Origin: Acutalibacteraceae bacterium
GTDB taxonomy: Bacteria; Bacillota; Clostridia; Oscillospirales; Acutalibacteraceae
Length of the DNA: 64,000 nt
Direction of reading: 5' to 3'
Assembly: GCA_045546915.1 (NCBI GenBank)
Contig: JAZQDU010000008.1
Span: 34,291 to 98,290 of the forward strand
The stretch's first letter is position 1. Each line of letters opens with the position of its first letter. The notes beneath the pieces are model-generated. The model was not told where the DNA came from. It did no database searches and saw only the letters and a program-made list of their open reading frames with translations. Below, one piece after another: positions 35,202 to 44,801 of this stretch. The translations under genes and the position numbers were made by a program.

Positions 35202-36851
35202 TTGAAAACGTTAATTTGTTGTCTTAACTCAAAATATGTTCACGCATCATTGGCACCGTGGTGCTTATTGGCGGGAGTTAAGGAATTTGGTACGACTGTT
35301 GTTACGGCTGAGGTTTTTGAAAGCACCATTAATGCCGACGCATATGAAATTGCAGATAATATTATCGAAAAAGGACCCCAAACGGTGTCCTTTTCGTGTT
35401 ATATCTGGAATATAACCAAAACTTTAAAGGTGTGCCGTCTTGTAAAACAGGCACTTGATTGCACCATTATTTTAGGAGGACCCGAAGTAGCATTCAGACC
35501 GAAAGACGTACTTCAAAATTATGAGTTTGTTGATTTTGTATTGTCGGGTGAGGGGGAAGAGAGTTTTCCTTTGTTGCTTGATACTTTGGCTCAAAACGGC
35601 GATTTATCAGGGGTGCCGGGGCTAAGTTTTTGGAATAACGGGGTTGTTATATCTAACCTTGAAAACCCAAGTGAGGGTACGCCTGTGTCTCCGTACACTG
35701 ATGAATTCTTTGAATCGTTGAACGGCAGAATAAGTTATTTTGAAAGTAGCAGGGGATGTCCTTATCGGTGTGCTTTTTGTCTTTCGGGAAGATGCGGTAG
35801 TTTGCGCTTTTTTGATATAGATAGAGTGAAGACCGACCTTTTGAGGTTGGCAAATAGCGGTACCAAAACAGTAAAATTTGTCGACCGTACATTTAACGCT
35901 AATGCAAAAAGGGCCAATGAGATTTTGACCTTTATCAAGGACAATGTTGGAACAAAAATCCCTAAAGATGTTTGTTTTCACTTTGAAATAGCAGGCGACA
36001 TTTTGAGCGAGAGCACAATGGACATATTGTCCTATATGCCTTGCGGTACAGTACAACTTGAAATCGGTATGCAGTCGTTTAACGAGCAAACACTTAAAGC
36101 AATTAACCGAAAAACCGATACTAAAAAACTTATATCCAATATTGAAAGATTGCTTAAAATGGGTAATATGCATATACATATCGACCTTATTGCAGGACTT
36201 ACATATGAGGATTTTGAGAGTTTTAAGCAAAGTTTTAATATTGGGTACCGATTAAAAGCACATATGTTACAACTCGGTTTTCTGAAACTTTTGCACGGGG
36301 CTGATATGCGTGAACAAAGCGAAAAATATCCTTGCGAGTTTTCAAAAGCGCCGCCTTATGAAGTTGTTTCTACGCCTTGGCTGTCGGTTGACGAAATTAA
36401 TATTATTAAAAGAGCAGAGGATGCAGTTGACCGACTTTACAACAGCGGACGATTCCTTAATACATTAAATTATCTTATTGACGAAAGTAAATTCGACCCG
36501 TTTGATGTATTTTGCAGTTTTGGTAATGCGGTAACCGGTGATAATTTAAGCCTTAAAACCTATTCGCAGGAACTCTATTTGCATTTTAAGGATAGTTGTG
36601 ATGCAAACAGACTCCGAGATGAAATTGTTGAAGATTTGATAATCAGCGGTTGTCACACGCATATACCTGAGCAACTAAAGATGCACGACCCGTTTTATAA
36701 AACGGTAAAATCAAAGTATAAATCGGGCACAGACGAGATAGCATTGCTTTATTCTAAGCAAAAGGTACTGGTAGTAAACCGAAATAACACAAAAGACTTT
36801 CATGGAAGATTAAAGGGAGAGTATTTTGATTTTGAGTCGTTCGGTTGCTAA
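35202..36851 (+). CDS. B12-binding-domain radical SAM protein (DUF4080-type C-terminus)
   Basis: TTG start after GGAGG. The N-terminus resembles a cobalamin-binding domain. Contains SRGCPYRCAFC (CxxxCxxC). Confidence 0.7.
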   Translation: MKTLICCLNSKYVHASLAPWCLLAGVKEFGTTVVTAEVFESTINADAYEIADNIIEKGPQTVSFSCYIWNITKTLKVCRLVKQALDCTIILGGPEVAFRPKDVLQNYEFVDFVLSGEGEESFPLLLDTLAQNGDLSGVPGLSFWNNGVVISNLENPSEGTPVSPYTDEFFESLNGRISYFESSRGCPYRCAFCLSGRCGSLRFFDIDRVKTDLLRLANSGTKTVKFVDRTFNANAKRANEILTFIKDNVGTKIPKDVCFHFEIAGDILSESTMDILSYMPCGTVQLEIGMQSFNEQTLKAINRKTDTKKLISNIERLLKMGNMHIHIDLIAGLTYEDFESFKQSFNIGYRLKAHMLQLGFLKLLHGADMREQSEKYPCEFSKAPPYEVVSTPWLSVDEINIIKRAEDAVDRLYNSGRFLNTLNYLIDESKFDPFDVFCSFGNAVTGDNLSLKTYSQELYLHFKDSCDANRLRDEIVEDLIISGCHTHIPEQLKMHDPFYKTVKSKYKSGTDEIALLYSKQKVLVVNRNNTKDFHGRLKGEYFDFESFGC

Positions 36852-36917
36852 AAATGTTGACTTTACTTTTGTTTTTGAGTATAATCAAACAATGTTTAAG
36901 ATAAAGAGGCGAAAAAA

Positions 36918-37628
36918 ATGAAGAATGAAATAGCTGTACTTATAGCTGCAGGCTTGGGTTCGAGAATGGCACCGCTTACACAAAAAGTACCCAAACCGCT
37001 TGTTAAGGTGCACGGCAAGTCTATGGTAGAAACAATAATTGATGGCTTGCAAATGCGAGGGGTTGACCATATTTATGTTGTGGTTGGCTATCTCAAAGAG
37101 CAATTTCAGTTTTTGTGTCAAAAGCATAATAATATTACCCTTATAGAGAATGAGGAATATACATTTAAAAACAATATTTCGTCAATTCATGCTGCGGCAA
37201 AATATATGGGACAGTCTAATTGTTTCGTTTGCGAGGCAGACCTTTACGTATCCGACCCGTCTATTTTTAATACCGACCTTTCTAAAAGTTGCTATTTTGC
37301 AAAAATGGTAAAAGGTCACTCGGACGATTGGGTGGTCGATACCGATAATAACGGTAGGGCTGTAAGGATTGGAAAATACGGGGAAGATGCTTATAATATG
37401 GTAGGTGTTTCGTATTTGCTAAAAGACGATGCCAAGCATATTGCCGACTGTATTTTAGAAGCGTATAATCATGAAGGCCATGAGCAACTTTATTGGGATG
37501 AGATAGTTGACAGGGAACTGAAAAATATCGAATTATTCGTAAATCCTGTTAATGCAGACCAGATTGTTGAAATTGATTCGGTAGCAGAATTGGAAATAAT
37601 AGACCCTGATTATTTAAAATATAACTAA
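36918..37628 (+). CDS. LicC-like nucleotidyltransferase (phosphocholine/sugar-phosphate cytidylyltransferase family)
   Basis: N-terminus AVLIAAGLGSRMAPLT...PKPLV. ~236 aa. Confidence 0.65.
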   Translation: MKNEIAVLIAAGLGSRMAPLTQKVPKPLVKVHGKSMVETIIDGLQMRGVDHIYVVVGYLKEQFQFLCQKHNNITLIENEEYTFKNNISSIHAAAKYMGQSNCFVCEADLYVSDPSIFNTDLSKSCYFAKMVKGHSDDWVVDTDNNGRAVRIGKYGEDAYNMVGVSYLLKDDAKHIADCILEAYNHEGHEQLYWDEIVDRELKNIELFVNPVNADQIVEIDSVAELEIIDPDYLKYN

Positions 37629-37666
37629 AAAAAAGACCATGTGGCTTCGCCACATGGTCTTTTAAT
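37627..37666. terminator. Bidirectional intrinsic terminator
   Basis: AAGACCATGTGG CTTCG CCACATGGTCTT flanked by A- and T-runs. Confidence 0.85.
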
Positions 37667-37670
37667 TTTA

Positions 37671-38759
37671 TTAAAGGTTTTCTGCCTCAAACTTTTTAAT
37701 GAACTCAACAAGTTTTTCAACGCCTTCGTAAGGCATAGCGTTGTAAATAGAAGCACGCATACCGCCTACTGAACGGTGACCTTTAAGGTTAGACATGCCG
37801 TTTGCGGTTGCTTCTTTAACGAATTTAGCGTTAATTTCGTCGTCTTCTGCACGGAAGGTAGCGTTCATCATAGAACGGCAGTTAGGCTGAACGGGGTTTT
37901 TGAAAAGTTTGCTGTTATCAAGGCAATCGTAAAGCATTTTTGCTTTCTTTTCATTGAGTTCTTTCATTGCGGTAAGACCGCCGATTTCCTTAATCCACTC
38001 GAGTACGAGTTTGCAAATGTAAATGGGCCAGCAGGGAGGAGTATTATACATAGACTCGTTTTCTGCCATAACCTTGTAACTTGCAACGGTAGGAACATAT
38101 GCGGGAAGGTCGTCACGCATAAGGTCTTCACGAACGATTACGATGGTAAGACCTGCAGGAGCAACGTTCTTCTGAGCGCCTGCATAGATAAGACCGAATT
38201 TCGAAACGTCAACAGGCTCACTTAAAATGCAAGAACTCATATCTGCTACGAGGGGAACGTTACCGGTATCGGGAATGTAGTCCCACTTAGTACCGAAAAT
38301 GGTATTGTTAAAGCAAATGTGAACGTAGTCAGCGTTAGGTGTGAGTTTAAGTTCTTCCTGACGGGGAATACGGGTAAAGTTTTCTTCCTTGGTAGTAGCA
38401 GCGAGATTGATTTTATCGCTGTATTTTTGTGCTTCCTTATAAGCCTTGCCCGAGAACTGACCGGTTACTATGTAATCGGCAACACCGGTTTTAAGAAGGT
38501 TCATAGGAACCGATGCAAACTGCATTGATGCGCCACCTTGCAAGAAAAGAACCTTATAATTATCAGGAATGTTCATAACTTCACGAAGAAGTGCTTCAGC
38601 TTCCTTGATAATAACATCATAAACCTTTGAACGATGGCTCATTTCCATAACGCTCATGCCTGAACCTTGATAGTTCATAAGCTCGTCTCTTGACTTTTCA
38701 AGAACGGCTACAGGGAGCATAGAAGGACCTGCAGAGAAGTTGTAAATACGATCGTACAT
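37671..38759 (-). CDS. serC: 3-phosphoserine aminotransferase
   Basis: IYNFSAGPSMLP.. N-terminus, ..FLQGGAS.QF.. and ..YAGAQKN.. (PLP lysine region). Confidence 0.9.
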   Translation of the reverse strand: MYDRIYNFSAGPSMLPVAVLEKSRDELMNYQGSGMSVMEMSHRSKVYDVIIKEAEALLREVMNIPDNYKVLFLQGGASMQFASVPMNLLKTGVADYIVTGQFSGKAYKEAQKYSDKINLAATTKEENFTRIPRQEELKLTPNADYVHICFNNTIFGTKWDYIPDTGNVPLVADMSSCILSEPVDVSKFGLIYAGAQKNVAPAGLTIVIVREDLMRDDLPAYVPTVASYKVMAENESMYNTPPCWPIYICKLVLEWIKEIGGLTAMKELNEKKAKMLYDCLDNSKLFKNPVQPNCRSMMNATFRAEDDEINAKFVKEATANGMSNLKGHRSVGGMRASIYNAMPYEGVEKLVEFIKKFEAENL

Positions 38760-38839
38760 TTAATCATTTCCTTTCAGAAAGTTATTGTTAAGCGAAGTTG
38801 TTAAAAAATTAACAATATTCTTGCTCTTTGACGAGGATT

Positions 38840-38868
38840 ATTATACAACTTTGTGATAAAATTGTCAA
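38840..38868 (-). promoter_or_regulatory. Sigma-A type promoter for serC (TTGACA-17-TATAAT on the minus strand)
   Basis: On the plus strand, ATTATA at 38840-38845 and TGTCAA at 38863-38868. Confidence 0.7.
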
Positions 38869-38930
38869 TACCTGTATTTAAAATAATATAAAAAACTCTT
38901 GGCTTTTATGCAAAACCAAGAGTTTATTTA

Positions 38931-40850
38931 TTATTCTATAACCAAAATAACAGGAGCAAGTGTGTTTACAGGGGTGTTGACAGTGATATTACCGTTGGAG
39001 TTTGTAAAATCAACATTCTCAAAATTGCCGTTAGGTAAGAGCATTTTAATATTGTTGACTTTGCTCTCGACTTTGAGAGGAAGGTCATCTAACGGGTCAA
39101 GACCTATATTAAATACCGCAACAAACAACTTACCGTCGGGTAAATAACCTGCACGCATGTAAACCTCGGCATCGTCGGGGTAGTAAACGGGAAGATTTCC
39201 GGTTTCTTTTAAGAAGTTTACAAACTGTGCTTTTCTTGATTCGTTAAGGAACGAGAAAGCAGTAGTGTAGTTGAATTGAGTAAGGGGATTACCTGCAAAT
39301 ACAATCGAAGTTCCGCCCAATTCGTTTTTGTAAATTGTAGTACCGGGGAAGAGGTTTTCTTTTGTCTTGCCGTCGGGCACGTGGTAAATCATAGAGTCGG
39401 CCTTAACTTGGTCGTTGATAGGCACAAGTTCGCGCGATTCACATTGAGCCTTGGTTAAATGTTGATTTGCATATATAATTTCGCCACTCAAGTTTTTGCC
39501 GGTCCAAGTGTTGACCTTAACACCGGTCAAATAGTCAAATCCGCGGTCTTGCAATCTTTTGGCGCTAATACCGTCCATAACAACGGTGCCTTTAAACATT
39601 TCTTTGATTTCTTCATCGCTAAAATTAGCGTCGCAATCGGATTCAAGGAAAGTAGCACCTGAATTTTCGCTTGAGAAGAATAGCGGTACGCCAAACCTTT
39701 CAAGTACACAGTTTGCCCAACCAACATATATTGAATTTGTGTCAAAACGATAATCGCGTTCATGTGAAAGCGGAATACGGCAACCGATAGGCTTAATCGT
39801 AGGTGCAATTTCCATCAAAGTTCGATAGAAACCACTGTATTTACCCAAAACTTTGCGGTAAACTTCGCCTGATTTAGGCTCGTAATCAATCAAACGGGTA
39901 ATCCAATGCTTAGCACCGGTGGCACCTTCTAAAATTGTGCCGACATAATGTGAATGTAAACTGTAAGCACCTGTACTGTAACGCAACTGCGGGCAAGTAT
40001 CGGTCTCGGCAAGAACATGGTCGACCTTACCTTTGAGTCGAGCAATTTGTGTAGCGGCTCTTATCATGGGACGGGTAAAGTAACGGGCACCTGCAGGGGT
40101 ATAGTTGCCGTTGTTAATTCTGACAGCAGATTCGTTGCCTTTGCCTGCCAAAATGTTGGCAATTTCGTCGGCAAACTCGGCATTGTTACCACAGCAACAG
40201 TAAACACCTTGAATGGTGGGGTCGACCGCATCAATGCCTTCACGCATAGCTTTTGCGGCACCAATGAGTGACTCGCCTTGAGTCTCAATAAAAATATCGG
40301 TTAACGGGTCGTTTTTAGGGTGGCTTAAAACATATTCTCTTAATTCGTCCATTGTAAAGTTTTTGCCCGATTTTTCGTTAAAAGCCTTTACGTGCAACGG
40401 ACAGCAACAACCCTTTTGTGTGCGTGCCATAAGTCTAAAATCGTCATCAACCATAATTACCTTTGGTTGTGCTTTTGCAAGGGCTGACATAGCACCTTTA
40501 ATATAATCTCTAAACCCTTCGTCATAAGGGCAACATACGTTGTCGGGAAGTCCGTTTGTAAGACCGATGTAATTCTGAAAACTAAAAGGATTGTCAAGTT
40601 TATAGCCGTGACCTATTGTTGCCTGCGCTAAAATACCGCAATCAATACCGTCTTTTGCCAAGCGGTCACGGAAAAGTTTATACTGTTCAGCCGCCATCTC
40701 GGCTTTGGGAATAGGCGGGTTGCCTTCTGGCACAAGTCTTATATAAAACAATGCAAGGTCGGCAATGCCGTCAATTGTTTGCCTTTTTATGTCTTCACAA
40801 ACCTCTTCAACATGGTCGGTGAAGAGGGGCATAATTGAATAAGTGAACAT
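38931..40850 (-). CDS. Uncharacterised 639-aa cytoplasmic protein (Cys-rich; possibly glycoside-hydrolase-like architecture)
   Basis: Strong ORF with an AAGGA RBS and no signal peptide. Has GCCCPLH and YCCCGNN motifs and a beta-rich C-terminus. No family confidently recognised. Confidence 0.5.
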   Translation of the reverse strand: MFTYSIMPLFTDHVEEVCEDIKRQTIDGIADLALFYIRLVPEGNPPIPKAEMAAEQYKLFRDRLAKDGIDCGILAQATIGHGYKLDNPFSFQNYIGLTNGLPDNVCCPYDEGFRDYIKGAMSALAKAQPKVIMVDDDFRLMARTQKGCCCPLHVKAFNEKSGKNFTMDELREYVLSHPKNDPLTDIFIETQGESLIGAAKAMREGIDAVDPTIQGVYCCCGNNAEFADEIANILAGKGNESAVRINNGNYTPAGARYFTRPMIRAATQIARLKGKVDHVLAETDTCPQLRYSTGAYSLHSHYVGTILEGATGAKHWITRLIDYEPKSGEVYRKVLGKYSGFYRTLMEIAPTIKPIGCRIPLSHERDYRFDTNSIYVGWANCVLERFGVPLFFSSENSGATFLESDCDANFSDEEIKEMFKGTVVMDGISAKRLQDRGFDYLTGVKVNTWTGKNLSGEIIYANQHLTKAQCESRELVPINDQVKADSMIYHVPDGKTKENLFPGTTIYKNELGGTSIVFAGNPLTQFNYTTAFSFLNESRKAQFVNFLKETGNLPVYYPDDAEVYMRAGYLPDGKLFVAVFNIGLDPLDDLPLKVESKVNNIKMLLPNGNFENVDFTNSNGNITVNTPVNTLAPVILVIE

Positions 40851-41016
40851 AAAAACACGTCCTTAGAACTTTTTATTAAAATATAACATAACAGTAAAAT
40901 TTTTTCAATATTAAAATACATATTTTGCTTAGTTGCTAAATTAAATTTTTGCTTGTAAAAGAGATCTGTTAGTGGTAGAATAAAAGGGAAGAATTTGTCG
41001 AAAGGTGGTGCGTTTT

Positions 41017-43167
41017 GTGAATAAATGTAATGTTACAGTCATAATACCGTCGCTTAATCCCGACCAAAAACTTGAGAGTACTGTTTTAGAACTTGAAAGA
41101 GTCGGTTTTGACGATATAGTCATCGTTGACGATGGAAGTGATAAGCAGTATTTAGGCAATTTTCCAGACCTTGCGTTACATAGTTCATGCACTATTATTC
41201 GCCACAGAAGAAATAAGGGCAAAGGTGCCGCGCTAAAAACAGCGTTTAAATATATTTTAAAATACCGTAACACAAGCGGTGTTGTTACGGTTGATGCTGA
41301 CGGTCAGCATTTGGCTGATGACGTTTTGCGTTGTGCTCAAAAAATGGTCAGCAAAACTAAAGTTGTTTTAGGCTGCCGTGATTTTTCAAATAAAAATGTT
41401 CCTCCTAAAAGTCGGTTTGGCAACATGTTGACCAAGACGATAATGCGTTTGCTTTGCGGTGTCAGTTTGAGTGATACACAAACAGGCTTAAGAGCAATTC
41501 CTTATGAATATCTTTCAACTCTTTTAGAGGTTAAAGGTGACCGCTACGAGTATGAAACCAATATGCTCATAGAGTTTAAAAAGCAATCAATACCGTTTTG
41601 CGAAGTGCCTATAAATACGGTATATATTGACGAAAACAAAGGCACACATTTTAGACCGATTAGAGATTCTTTGCGGGTGTATAGGTTTATACTCTCGTTT
41701 GTATTCAGTTCACTCATAAGCACTATGGTTGAAATAGTGCTGTTTTATGTTTTGCTCAGATTTTTGTTTGACGGCGGTATTTTATTGTCGACTGTTTTAG
41801 CAAGGGTTTGTTCATCGGTTGTTAATTTTACGGTTAACCGAAATGCCGTTTTTAAAAGCAAGGCAAAGATGTCAGACACAATTGTAAGGTATATAGCCTT
41901 AGCAATACCGTTGGTGCTTTTATCGGGTAATGCTGTAAAATTAATTGCGTTTATTTTTAGTGTAGAAAGTGAACTTGCAATTACACTTATAAAGGCGTTT
42001 GTTGATGCTGTATTGTTTTTTGTAAGTTTTCGTATACAGCAAAACTGGGTATTTGCCGGCAAAAAGAAGCAGAAAAAGGAACCTCGTGAAAACAAACCCA
42101 AGTTAACCTTAGGCAAGATTTTTGCACGAGTGGGGATTTCGGTTTTATCGTTTGTTTTGGCCTTAGTAATTGCAGTTTTTTCACTTGTGGGCGTTATTGC
42201 TTATGGACCTAGTACTACAGTACGCGATATGCTTGTGCTTTCGGCAATGCAGGCGAGTGCTACAAAGTGGGTTCCCGGTTTGTTTTTAAGCGACGAAGAG
42301 GTAGAGGCTATTGTTAATTCAAGCCATGATGAAAGCGAACTTATAATATCTCCCGACGGTTTTACCGACATTGAAGGGGGAGATAATGCTGAGGTTGAGC
42401 AGTCGGTTGACGGTATGAAATATATTGCCCGCAATTATCCTAATTTTAAGGCTTATATTCTGCTTGTTGCCGACCCCAAGAGGGTATATGTGGGAGCCTC
42501 TTCGGATAATTATGCTTCGGCTACAGAAGGCAAAATACTTTTTGATATGGCCGAAAAGGAAGACTGTATCGCCATGATAAACGGCGGTGAATTTTCCGAC
42601 CCCGGTGGTAACGGTAAAGGTGCCCAACCTGTTGGACTTACATATTCTAACGGTGAATGTGTTTGGAATGACGGCGCAAAACGAACCTTTATAGGCATTG
42701 ATAAAAACGATAGGTTGGTAGTGCGCGAGGGGCTCACTAAAAGCGAGGCAGACGAGCTTAACATAAGGGACGGTGTATCGTTCCAACGTTCTAATACGCT
42801 TATTAAGTCCGACAGTAGCGGTGTGCATATTTATTATAAAGAAAATAACACCGGTGCTGCTCAACGTACTGCAATCGGGCAACGTGAGGACGGTACATTT
42901 ATCCTTGTTGTTACCGACGGCAGAAGTGTTAACAGTATAGGCGCAACCTACAATGAAGTTATAGATATCCTGGTATCTTACGGTGCAGTTGTTGCGGGTA
43001 TGCTCGACGGCGGCTCATCGGCTATGATGTATTATGAAGATTATTTTAATAAGTATGACGTTGATAAAGATACGCTTGATAAATACCAACTTCAAGGTAT
43101 GACCAATAAATATAAGGCACTTGTTCCGCCCAGAAAAATCCCCACTTATTTTTGTGTTAAAAGGTGA
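41017..43167 (+). CDS. Triple fusion: GT2 glycosyltransferase + GtrA-like membrane domain + phosphodiester glycosidase (NAGPA-like) domain
   Basis: GTG at 41017 follows AAAGGTGGTG. N-terminus VTVIIPSLNPD..VDDGSD..DADGQH (GT-A). The central 4-TM region ..VVNFTVNRNAVF.. is GtrA-like. After another TM comes a C-terminal domain ending ..MLDGGSSAMMYY... Confidence 0.7.
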   Translation: MNKCNVTVIIPSLNPDQKLESTVLELERVGFDDIVIVDDGSDKQYLGNFPDLALHSSCTIIRHRRNKGKGAALKTAFKYILKYRNTSGVVTVDADGQHLADDVLRCAQKMVSKTKVVLGCRDFSNKNVPPKSRFGNMLTKTIMRLLCGVSLSDTQTGLRAIPYEYLSTLLEVKGDRYEYETNMLIEFKKQSIPFCEVPINTVYIDENKGTHFRPIRDSLRVYRFILSFVFSSLISTMVEIVLFYVLLRFLFDGGILLSTVLARVCSSVVNFTVNRNAVFKSKAKMSDTIVRYIALAIPLVLLSGNAVKLIAFIFSVESELAITLIKAFVDAVLFFVSFRIQQNWVFAGKKKQKKEPRENKPKLTLGKIFARVGISVLSFVLALVIAVFSLVGVIAYGPSTTVRDMLVLSAMQASATKWVPGLFLSDEEVEAIVNSSHDESELIISPDGFTDIEGGDNAEVEQSVDGMKYIARNYPNFKAYILLVADPKRVYVGASSDNYASATEGKILFDMAEKEDCIAMINGGEFSDPGGNGKGAQPVGLTYSNGECVWNDGAKRTFIGIDKNDRLVVREGLTKSEADELNIRDGVSFQRSNTLIKSDSSGVHIYYKENNTGAAQRTAIGQREDGTFILVVTDGRSVNSIGATYNEVIDILVSYGAVVAGMLDGGSSAMMYYEDYFNKYDVDKDTLDKYQLQGMTNKYKALVPPRKIPTYFCVKR

Positions 43168-43172
43168 CCGCC

Positions 43173-44234
43173 ATGAAAAGAAAAATGTCTTTGTTTACAA
43201 AGGTTTATATTTCTGTAGTTGCGTGTTTTATGGTGCTTCTTGTGGCGGTGTCGGGATTTCTTTGGTCGGTGCTGTCGGCATATGAAAATACAAGACCGAA
43301 GCACACCGCCCAAGAGGTTTTTGAAGAGTATTTTTTATCTAAAGATACCGATGCGCTTTTAAGCATCGGCACTATGGGAAATAATTTTGAATCACAACAA
43401 ATAAAAGAGCAGGTTTTAAGAGAGCAACTTAATAATAAACAACTGCAATATTTCTCGGTTTCTAAAGACGAAACAAGCCAAAAATATGCTGTAACAGCTG
43501 ACGGTGTAAGAGTGGCTTATTTTACTTTAAGTAAAAAGGAACATAAGAATTTGTTTGGTTTTTACGGCTTTTCGCTTGAATTTATAGAACTGTTTGCCCC
43601 AAACAATATAAACAAAAAAATATTGGTGCCCGAGGGTTATGTTTTGACCATTAACTCGATGGCGGTGGACGAACAATACATAACCAATAAAAAAATTGCC
43701 CACCATACAAATGAATATTTGCCAAGCGGTGAGGAAGGCTTGTATTTGAATGAGTATACCGTGTCAGGCTTTTGTAACGAACCTGATATTAAGGTTACAA
43801 CACCCGATGGAAATGCAGTTGAACTTACCGAAAACCGTGAAACAAAGGTTTTAAGCGCACAAGTTTTGAATGATGAGCAGTTGCAAAACAAGTTTTCGCA
43901 GTATGCAATTAAAGTCGCGACTATTTATACTGAGGTTATGAGTAAAGATGCCGAAAAAGGCGAATTATATCAGTATGTTGATAAAAGTTCGGCTTTTTAT
44001 AAAAAACTCAGAACGGTTGACACCTGGTTCTGGCCACATGACGGATACAAAATAAGAAACACCCAAGCGTCGCAGTTCATTTGCCATTCAGAAGACGTAT
44101 TTTCTTGCCGTGTGACGTTGGTTCAAGAACTTTACACAAAGAAGAATACCGAAATAATAAATGTTGACCTTGTACTTTGTTTTCGAAATGTAAACGGAAA
44201 GAACTTGCTTTATAACGCAGTAACAAACGGGTGA
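43173..44234 (+). CDS. Membrane-anchored hypothetical protein
   Basis: ATG at 43173 follows AAAGGTG. One N-terminal TM helix and a large extracytoplasmic domain. Confidence 0.55.
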   Translation: MKRKMSLFTKVYISVVACFMVLLVAVSGFLWSVLSAYENTRPKHTAQEVFEEYFLSKDTDALLSIGTMGNNFESQQIKEQVLREQLNNKQLQYFSVSKDETSQKYAVTADGVRVAYFTLSKKEHKNLFGFYGFSLEFIELFAPNNINKKILVPEGYVLTINSMAVDEQYITNKKIAHHTNEYLPSGEEGLYLNEYTVSGFCNEPDIKVTTPDGNAVELTENRETKVLSAQVLNDEQLQNKFSQYAIKVATIYTEVMSKDAEKGELYQYVDKSSAFYKKLRTVDTWFWPHDGYKIRNTQASQFICHSEDVFSCRVTLVQELYTKKNTEIINVDLVLCFRNVNGKNLLYNAVTNG

Positions 44235-44238
44235 ATCT

Positions 44239-44796
44239 ATGAACGAATTTGAACTAAAAATTCTTGATTTTATTCAGGATAATATAAAGTGCGGTTTTCT
44301 CGATTTTTTAATGCCTGTCGTCACCCTTTTGGGTGAACACGGAATTTTTTGGATAGTTACAGCGGCAGTTTTGCTGATATTCAAAAAAACGCGTAAAGTA
44401 GGTGCCATGATGGGTGTTGCCTTGCTGTTAGGTTTTATTGTAGGTAATCTTACGCTTAAGCCTTTAATAGCAAGGGTCAGACCATACGACATGCCGGGAG
44501 TGGAAGTACAACTGCTTGTAGAAAGATTAAGCGATAAATCATTCCCTTCGGGGCACACGCTTGCTTGCTTTGAAGCGGCTACGGTGATTTTTATTGCCAA
44601 TAAAAAATGGGGAATTTTAGCGTTGGTTTCTGCTTTTCTTGTGGCATTTTCACGCCTTTATTTATATGTTCATTATCCGACCGATGTGCTTTGCGGTGCG
44701 GTTCTCGGCATATTGTTCGCAACTTTGGCAAGCATTATAGTAAAACGTGTAATTTCTTCATATTATTCTAAAAGAAACCGCTTGACGAAGGAGTAA
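44239..44796 (+). CDS. PAP2-family phosphatase (BcrC/undecaprenyl-diphosphatase-like)
   Basis: KPLIARVRP, SFPSGHT and SRLYLYVHYPTDV motifs. Confidence 0.8.
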   Translation: MNEFELKILDFIQDNIKCGFLDFLMPVVTLLGEHGIFWIVTAAVLLIFKKTRKVGAMMGVALLLGFIVGNLTLKPLIARVRPYDMPGVEVQLLVERLSDKSFPSGHTLACFEAATVIFIANKKWGILALVSAFLVAFSRLYLYVHYPTDVLCGAVLGILFATLASIIVKRVISSYYSKRNRLTKE

Positions 44797-44801
44797 TGTA
44801 A

